The notes beneath the pieces were generated by a model. The model saw only the letters and a program-made list of their open reading frames with translations. It was not told the origin of the DNA and made no database searches. Of a stretch of DNA of 51,644 bases, positions 45,596 to 51,644 are shown one piece after another. The translations under genes and the position numbers were made by a program. The stretch covers positions 1 to 51,644 of the forward strand of contig DAIDJL010000003.1 in the NCBI GenBank assembly GCA_027450205.1, given 5' to 3'. This stretch comes from Candidatus Parcubacteria bacterium. Its GTDB lineage: Bacteria > Patescibacteriota > Minisyncoccia > UBA6257 > 2-01-FULL-56-20. Numbering within the stretch: position 1 is the stretch's first letter; every line of letters starts with the position of its first letter.

Positions 45596-46909
45596 TTATT
45601 TCTGCCGCTTCTTTATCTCGTCCACCAGCTTCTCCAACGGCACTGCCTCTTGCAATCCGTTCGTAAGGTCACGGACGATGATGCTGTTCTCGTAAAGCTC
45701 TTTTTGTCCCAGGATCAGAGCGAGCGCGATGCCTTCCCGGTCCGCAACTTTAAGCTGTGCCGCGAGCGAGTCTTTGGAAAGCGACTCGGCGACCAAAAAG
45801 CCGCGGCCGCGAAGATCTTTCAAAATGGCAAATGCTTTCTTTTTTGCAAGGCTCCCCGCGTGCGCGAGAAACACGCGCTTGGCTGATTTCCCGTTGAACA
45901 CGATCTCCTTCGCGCGCAGGACGGCGATCAGCCGCTCCACGCCGCATGCCCCTCCGACAGCGGGAGTGAGGTGGCCGCCGATCGTTTCCATTAGGTAATC
46001 GTACCGCCCGCCCGCGGGAAGCGCGCCGATCTGCGCCTCATTCCCTTCCGCATACATTTCAAACACCGTGCGACTGTAGTAATCCAACCCGCGCACCAGA
46101 CGGTGGTCGAGCTCATACGGGATCTTCACTTCATCCAGATATTCAAGCACGGACTTAAAATGCGCGCTGCATGTAACGCACAATTTGTCGAGAAAATTCG
46201 GCGCCTTTTCCTTGAGCGCCTCGCAGCCCGGCTCCTTGCAGTCGAGTAATTTGAGCGGATTCACCGCAAGGCGGCGTTTGCAATCCTCGCACAGCTGTTT
46301 CTCGTGATTTTTGTAATAAGCGGTCAACTGCTTCTTATAGATCGGCCGGCAGATGCGGCATCCGATGGAATTCACCTTTACGAGGGAATTTTTGATCCTT
46401 AGCTCGTTCAAAAGGTCGTAGAACAGCGCAATGATCTCGGCGTCGTAGATCGGGTCGTTCACGCCGCCCAGCGTCTCAAAATCGATCTGCGTGAACTGTC
46501 GCGCGCGGCCGAGCTGCGGACGCTCATGGCGGAAGATCGGCCCCATCGCAAAAAGCTTCTGCGGCTGGCCGAGGCGCGAAAGCCCGTGCTGCATGTATGC
46601 GCGGGAAATACCCGGCGTGTATTCCGGGCGCAGCGCCAAAAAGTCGCCGCCCTTCGTCTTCAGCGTATACATCTCCTTCTGCACCACATCGCTCTCCTCG
46701 CCGGACGTCTTATTATAGAGTTCCGCGAATTCCAAAACAGGAGGCTCGATGCGTGAAAATCCATAGGCGGACGCAAGCGATCGTACCACGCTTTCTATCT
46801 TTTCCCAATACGGCTCGTCGGAAGGCAGAACGTCATGCATTCCTTTGGCGGACTGGAACGTGCGCACAACTTCCTTTGGCTTTTCTTTTTCTTGTTGGGA
46901 TGAGGGCAT
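45596..46909 (-). CDS. hisS: Histidine--tRNA ligase
   Basis: 437 aa; class II motifs (GMHDVLP, LRPEYTPG, FRHERPQLGRARQFTQ, GGRYD). Confidence 0.95.
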   Translation of the reverse strand: MPSSQQEKEKPKEVVRTFQSAKGMHDVLPSDEPYWEKIESVVRSLASAYGFSRIEPPVLEFAELYNKTSGEESDVVQKEMYTLKTKGGDFLALRPEYTPGISRAYMQHGLSRLGQPQKLFAMGPIFRHERPQLGRARQFTQIDFETLGGVNDPIYDAEIIALFYDLLNELRIKNSLVKVNSIGCRICRPIYKKQLTAYYKNHEKQLCEDCKRRLAVNPLKLLDCKEPGCEALKEKAPNFLDKLCVTCSAHFKSVLEYLDEVKIPYELDHRLVRGLDYYSRTVFEMYAEGNEAQIGALPAGGRYDYLMETIGGHLTPAVGGACGVERLIAVLRAKEIVFNGKSAKRVFLAHAGSLAKKKAFAILKDLRGRGFLVAESLSKDSLAAQLKVADREGIALALILGQKELYENSIIVRDLTNGLQEAVPLEKLVDEIKKRQK

Positions 46910-46917
46910 GGCGGTGG

Positions 46918-47520
46918 TTACGAAACGAATGAAAGCGACGATGTTGAAACGCTATAATGCGGCGCGCTGAATATTTGTATGGCGCCAAGCGGCCAGAGCC
47001 GGAACCGGACGAGGCCAACGATATCGCTCGCGGGAAGCGGACCCCAGCTGCGCGAGTCATAGCTCACCGCACGGTTGTCCCCCATCATAAAGTACGTGCT
47101 CGATGACAGCGTGACATCCTCGTTCCCCGACGTGACCGTGCCTTTCGGCAAATACGATTCATCGAGCATAAACCCGTTCGGATGCTGCTGATTATAGATC
47201 GTCACGGTATTGTTCTTGATCACCACGCGCTCGCCGGGCAGGCCGATGATGCGCTTGATAAGATAAGTGGACTGGTCGCTCACGTCATGGAACACCACCA
47301 CCTCGCCGCGCTCCGGCGGGCGGATGCGGTAGGTCAGTTCATCGGTCAGTACGTAATCGCCGTTCGAAAACGTGGGCACCATGCTGGTGCCGCTCACCAG
47401 GAAGGGCTGCACGAGGAACGTCCGGACGATGAACACCGCCCCGACCGCAATGACCGCAATCTCCAGAACTTCAAGAAGTGATGCAAGGAATTTTCTCATT
47501 CGTCCGTAATGTGTACTCAT
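46918..47520 (-). CDS. lepB: Signal peptidase I
   Basis: 200 aa; SGTSMVPT (catalytic Ser), KRIIGLPGE (Lys), GDNRAVSYDSR. Confidence 0.9.
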   Translation of the reverse strand: MSTHYGRMRKFLASLLEVLEIAVIAVGAVFIVRTFLVQPFLVSGTSMVPTFSNGDYVLTDELTYRIRPPERGEVVVFHDVSDQSTYLIKRIIGLPGERVVIKNNTVTIYNQQHPNGFMLDESYLPKGTVTSGNEDVTLSSSTYFMMGDNRAVSYDSRSWGPLPASDIVGLVRFRLWPLGAIQIFSAPHYSVSTSSLSFVS

Positions 47521-47550
47521 TATATAGAAGATGGAATATAATAATCAAGC

Positions 47551-48096
47551 ATGGACCAAACGCTCATCATCGGATTGGGGAATCCCGGCCCGGAACTCGG
47601 GGAAACCTACCATAACGCGGGCGCGCTCGCAGTGCAGTGGCTTGCGGAACATTCCGCGGCAGAGGCGGGTTCGGACACCCCGACATTCCGCGCGCATAAC
47701 GGCACATTCGCGTACGCAAAGCTTGGCGGGTATATATTCATCCGGCCGCTCGTCTTCATGAACGAATCCGGCCGCGCGGTGCGTGATGCCATGAAAGCAT
47801 TTAGGGCTGATGCAGACCGTGTCGTCGTCATTCACGACGACAGCGATATCCCGATCGGTGAATTCAAACGCGCAGCCGGCGGCGGTTCCGCCGGGCATAA
47901 AGGAATCAATTCCATCATCGACCATATCCATACCGAGGCGTTCACGCGCATCCGCATCGGCATCCGCGAACCCAACGAAACACGGCGAAAAAAAGCTGCC
48001 GATTTCGTACTCTCACCGATCACCGCCGCCGACAAAAAAACGCTCGATGGCGTTTTTCAAAAAATCTTTGAAACAGCGCTTCCCGCGCCATTTTAG
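47551..48096 (+). CDS. pth: Peptidyl-tRNA hydrolase
   Basis: 181 aa; IIGLGNPG...YHNAG, HDDSDIP, GHKGINS. Confidence 0.9.
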   Translation: MDQTLIIGLGNPGPELGETYHNAGALAVQWLAEHSAAEAGSDTPTFRAHNGTFAYAKLGGYIFIRPLVFMNESGRAVRDAMKAFRADADRVVVIHDDSDIPIGEFKRAAGGGSAGHKGINSIIDHIHTEAFTRIRIGIREPNETRRKKAADFVLSPITAADKKTLDGVFQKIFETALPAPF

Positions 48097-49640
48097 AATC
48101 CCAACGACAGCGGGAACGTCATGGAAAACGTGTAGCTCCCGGCGCTTCCCTGAATATTGTTCAAGGGGAGGTTCACGGTGCCAAAATGCGGGTCGCTCTG
48201 GATCGCGGCTCTGAATGCGACAATGTCCGTTTCGGCTCTCGCGGCACCGGCGACGAGTATGGGAACGCCCGGCGTCTGGAAAGAGACGTGATTGAGCGTA
48301 ATATTATTCGCCGCCGCCGCGCGCTGGATTTCGGTTATCACCCGGTAATTCCTGCCGATCCGGGATTCGGCATTCGCAACCAGCGCGACCGATTGGTTGA
48401 ATGCCGTGGAAGACGCCTCAAGCGCCGCCATTACCGCCGCCTCCTGCTGGTTGAACGATGGCTGCGCCGTAATGCCGGCCCTGGTGGTGGCCAAAAAGTT
48501 GTCGGCGATGGCGGCGATGGCAATGAGGCATCCGAGCACCACGGGAACAAGCACGCGCCACAGCGCGACAAAATCGAGCAACTGCTCGCGATGGAACGTA
48601 TCAATCGCACCTTCTCCCGAAAGATTGATCTCTTTATCTTTTGATGCGCCGTTCGCGCCCCATAGACTGCATCCCAGCGCCACCATCCATTCCAGGGAAA
48701 TTTCCTGATCCATCGTAAGCGTCATGCGGATGACCGGCAACGGCGCCGGGATCGACGCACGAACGGCATCTTCGGCTTCGGCCTCGAATGCCGACGCCGC
48801 AATAATGACCGCCGCAATGGGCTCCGGCCAGTGTTGGCCGTAAAAATTCATCACCTGGCGCAGGTTCCCCTCAAGCGTCTCCTTGAACTTTGCGACGGAT
48901 ATCTGCCCCTTCTCGTCGGTAAGCGAATTCCACTGGGTGGCATATTCAAAATAAAGCTTCCCCTTCCGGATAACCAAAAAATCAATGCCTGAATTGTCGA
49001 TATCAAGCAGAAGATACGACGTATTGATGTCCGCGCCCGTACCCCGCTGACGGAAGATCCGCGTAAGCGCGAGCGCGCGGGACTCGACGCCAACCGTGAT
49101 GAATCCCGCCGCGTACAGCGCCTGCGTGATCGCGTCCACAAGTGCCTTGTCCACGAACGCCGCTGCAACCTCGGCCTTAAGGCCCGTTGCGTCGCTTCCC
49201 AGCATTTCCCATCCAAAATATGTCTGCGTAATATCCACAGGCGAGAGCATCCGCACATTCAGGTCAACCGCACCCGTAAGATCCTTGCCCTGCATGATCG
49301 GCAACGTAAAAACCTGGCTGTACATATTGACCGAGCTCAGCGAAACAATGACGTTCATCTTCTTTTTCTTGTTCCTTGAGAACGGCATCTTCAGTCGGAG
49401 TTCCCGCAGGGCAGCGATAAATGCCTGGTCGTCCTTGATCTTTCCCTTTTCCATAACGCCCGGCGCGAGGCGCACCGCGGCGAGCTGCCAGATTTTTCCG
49501 TCAAAATACACCAGGCGAAGCACCTGGTCGCTCACCTCCAATCCGCCCATTCGCGGACGGACCGAGAGCAAAGATATGATTTTTTTGAAAATGTCGGCGG
49601 ATTGCATTGAATACAATAAAAGTATACCACGCCGCTTCAA
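48093..49640 (-). CDS. Type IV pilus assembly protein, PilM-like actin-fold ATPase fused to a TM segment and PilN-like C-terminus
   Basis: 515 aa. PilM-like N-terminus (GLEVSDQVLRLV..., LLLDIDNSGIDFLVI). TM segment VLVPVVLGCLIAIAAI. Then an extracytoplasmic tail. Confidence 0.65.
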   Translation of the reverse strand: MKRRGILLLYSMQSADIFKKIISLLSVRPRMGGLEVSDQVLRLVYFDGKIWQLAAVRLAPGVMEKGKIKDDQAFIAALRELRLKMPFSRNKKKKMNVIVSLSSVNMYSQVFTLPIMQGKDLTGAVDLNVRMLSPVDITQTYFGWEMLGSDATGLKAEVAAAFVDKALVDAITQALYAAGFITVGVESRALALTRIFRQRGTGADINTSYLLLDIDNSGIDFLVIRKGKLYFEYATQWNSLTDEKGQISVAKFKETLEGNLRQVMNFYGQHWPEPIAAVIIAASAFEAEAEDAVRASIPAPLPVIRMTLTMDQEISLEWMVALGCSLWGANGASKDKEINLSGEGAIDTFHREQLLDFVALWRVLVPVVLGCLIAIAAIADNFLATTRAGITAQPSFNQQEAAVMAALEASSTAFNQSVALVANAESRIGRNYRVITEIQRAAAANNITLNHVSFQTPGVPILVAGAARAETDIVAFRAAIQSDPHFGTVNLPLNNIQGSAGSYTFSMTFPLSLGF

Positions 49641-49650
49641 CCTACAATCA

Positions 49651-50064
49651 CTAAATATTCTGGACCGAAAGCACGGTCACTGACGAGGTTTGCGCATCCT
49701 CTATGGCGACCACCTCAACGGTCCTTTTATGGAGCTGCACCGTCGCCGAGGAAATGATGGTAACAAACCCCGCAGAAGGATCGTTCTGCATTACGGTAAC
49801 ATTCGCCGAATAATTTCCGACATTGACCGTATACCCGGAAGAAGCGAAAGCGGCATTCCGGTCAAGCTGAAGCAACGCATCCTGAATGCCGGACATCGCC
49901 AAAAATTGGGCATTGCTTGATGCGGCATATCCATAACCGGTATCCACCAGCGTGCTGGCCAGAAACGCAACAAGCAGCACCGATATGGATATGATGGCTC
50001 CGATAAGCAGCACAAGAGCCAAAAATGATTGCCCGCCGCGTGAAAATTTTTTTTTAGAGATCAT
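49651..50064 (-). CDS. Pilin/pseudopilin-like membrane-anchored protein
   Basis: 137 aa. The N-terminus KKFSRGGQSFLALVLLIGAIISISVLL resembles a prepilin leader plus hydrophobic helix, without the canonical Glu+5. It lies between the giant adhesin and PilMN. Confidence 0.5.
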   Translation of the reverse strand: MISKKKFSRGGQSFLALVLLIGAIISISVLLVAFLASTLVDTGYGYAASSNAQFLAMSGIQDALLQLDRNAAFASSGYTVNVGNYSANVTVMQNDPSAGFVTIISSATVQLHKRTVEVVAIEDAQTSSVTVLSVQNI

Positions 50065-50082
50065 TATTGTTGTTGCTGTCCG

Positions 50083-51644
50083 TCACGGACTCCAGTTCAC
50101 AACGACGCTACTCACGACCGGAGTGGAAAGCTGGGCAGCATCGGCAAACAAAACGATGCGATAGCGGAAATAACGATATCCCGAAAACAAAGCATATCCC
50201 GCGCCGCCAATATTACTCACAAGAGGAATGCTCGTTCCCGGAGGGGTGCCAAGGCCGAAATACGTCGTCGCGTCGCCGGAAGGGCCCTCAAAACTCCATG
50301 GGCCGCCGGAGGAATTGCTGACCGCGATCTGAAACCCGACATTCGTTCCGGCAGGCTCCGATCCGCTCCACTGCAAAGAGTTCAATTGTGCGCCGCCCGA
50401 AACCCCCGTATCGAACGTCGCCGAATCGAGCGTCCCCGACGCGGCATATCCTCTAAAGATCGGCGTCGCAAAGATCCCCATTATCGCTCCGTAATCCGTG
50501 GAAGTTGCGGCTGTCCACGTAGCCGCAATATTCATCTCCGTGGATGTCGCGATGTCTTCCGCATAGAGAGATTGATCGGAACCGTTATTTCCCATGGACA
50601 CCTCGGGGGTCCAGCCCGACCCGTCGACAGCGGTCGTAACAGCATCGAACGCCATCGTACCGAAATAAAGCTCGTTGGACGAATGCCCCATGGCATACTG
50701 CGATGTGATATTCGTCGCCGTGCCGGTATTATCGGTATTCGCACTATAGGAATCGAGCGTTGACGAAGGATCCATATCGGTATATTCGAACGCCGCCGCG
50801 GAAAGCGCCCCCCCGCTTGAACCGTTCGCCGTAATGGTAAAAGAGGACGTACTGTTGACGTTCTTTGCGTAGTATAAATCCAACCGCTCCGGAGCTGTAC
50901 CGAAGGTCGTTGACGCAACAAGCATATACGTATCGCTCGCATTGTCGGTGGGTGCATTGATGGCCTGCCCTCGCGACGACACCGCGACAAGGACCAGATC
51001 CCCCGCACGGGGAGCAAAGCCGAATGCGGGAAGAGCCAACTGAGTGACGCCCGACCCCGCTGCCGTTGACGTCTGCACGAGCTGCAACCGCGGCCCCGTG
51101 ACAAAATTCCAATTCGAACCGTTGTTGCCGCTGTTCACGCCGTTTGAAACGACGATCGGAGCGGTACCGCCCTGGTCCTGCACGTTGGCGTAGCGGATGA
51201 TGAATTTTCCCGTTCCCGACCAGGGCACCTGGCTGCCGGTCGTCGTGGAGTTGATAATGACATTGTCCGGGACGTTCGCAGTGCATGCAGCACTGCTGCC
51301 GTCGAAAAATACGAGGCCGTTGTTCACAACTCCAGCGCCGATGCTGAGTGTGGAACTCGCAAGAGGATAATCCGTCAGCCGCCCTCCGGGATCGACGGTC
51401 AATATCCCGTCGGACGTGAAAGAAACAGGACTCGTCCCCGTCGCAAGCTGGAGCTCCCCTTGGGCGATAGTGGTCAAAGCAGTGACTGAAACAGGTCCGT
51501 ATACATACGCAATGCCGGAAGGTTTGTTGATGGTGAGGTTGGGGAGGTAGAGGCCATAAGTGCCGTCGATGATCTGGGTACCGGTGCCGTTCATAACAAG
51601 GTTTGTGGTCCCGGTCGCGGATGATGCCCAATAGGTCTCATTGG
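50083..51644 (-). CDS. Giant surface protein, C-terminal part (frame open to the right window edge; joins in frame to 1..1828 through the 141-nt terminal repeat)
   Basis: The track ORF 50083..51594 begins MNGTGTQIIDG, but the frame continues upstream to the window end. 51504..51644 equals 1..141 and the codon phases agree. The joined gene is 3249 nt (1082 aa). Confidence 0.8.
   Translation of the reverse strand, partial: NETYWASSATGTTNLVMNGTGTQIIDGTYGLYLPNLTINKPSGIAYVYGPVSVTALTTIAQGELQLATGTSPVSFTSDGILTVDPGGRLTDYPLASSTLSIGAGVVNNGLVFFDGSSAACTANVPDNVIINSTTTGSQVPWSGTGKFIIRYANVQDQGGTAPIVVSNGVNSGNNGSNWNFVTGPRLQLVQTSTAAGSGVTQLALPAFGFAPRAGDLVLVAVSSRGQAINAPTDNASDTYMLVASTTFGTAPERLDLYYAKNVNSTSSFTITANGSSGGALSAAAFEYTDMDPSSTLDSYSANTDNTGTATNITSQYAMGHSSNELYFGTMAFDAVTTAVDGSGWTPEVSMGNNGSDQSLYAEDIATSTEMNIAATWTAATSTDYGAIMGIFATPIFRGYAASGTLDSATFDTGVSGGAQLNSLQWSGSEPAGTNVGFQIAVSNSSGGPWSFEGPSGDATTYFGLGTPPGTSIPLVSNIGGAGYALFSGYRYFRYRIVLFADAAQLSTPVVSSVVVNWSP
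51504..51644 (+). repeat. Terminal direct repeat, copy 2 (identical to 1..141)
   Basis: Direct comparison of the two window ends. Confidence 0.95.

Overview
This is a GC-rich 51.6-kb bacterial window. Its gene content suggests a Patescibacteria/CPR-like organism, which is an inference: split transketolase, lamin-tail-domain and giant repeat surface proteins, PilM/N, a bacterial RRM protein, DUF192 and a four-helix-bundle protein. Housekeeping blocks: pentose-phosphate/glycolysis genes (tkt halves, rpe, rpiB, gap); nrdAB; a cyoABCDE quinol-oxidase operon; an OmpR/HK pair plus a GGDEF protein; rmuC; ftsZ-ftsA; ybeY-yqeY-rpsU; hisS; lepB; pth; and a pilin-like/PilMN cluster. There are many envelope proteins: M23, GH18, a PcsB-like C39 hydrolase, a D-Ala-D-Ala carboxypeptidase and a lamin-tail-domain protein. 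The main discovery is a diversity-generating retroelement (DGR) signature at 38.3-39.9 kb. Two 126-nt repeats differ at 20 positions, and 17 of these are adenines in one copy. That copy is the template repeat (TR): it is rich in AAC codons and has its own promoter and terminator. The other copy, the variable repeat (VR), forms the C-terminus of a 222-aa protein. An Avd-like four-helix-bundle gene abuts the TR in convergent orientation. No reverse transcriptase is visible anywhere in the window. Second, the first and last 141 nt of the window are identical direct repeats. They rejoin one ~1082-aa surface-protein gene in frame, so the contig behaves as a 51,503-bp circle; this is either a true replicon or a repeat-driven assembly closure. 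Other notes: a tRNA-Asn followed by a serine-recombinase remnant and an AT-richer island; a class Ic-like NrdB; a long NrdA tail; a perfect DnaA box at the nrdA promoter; and a MutY-like glycosylase without an Fe-S cluster.
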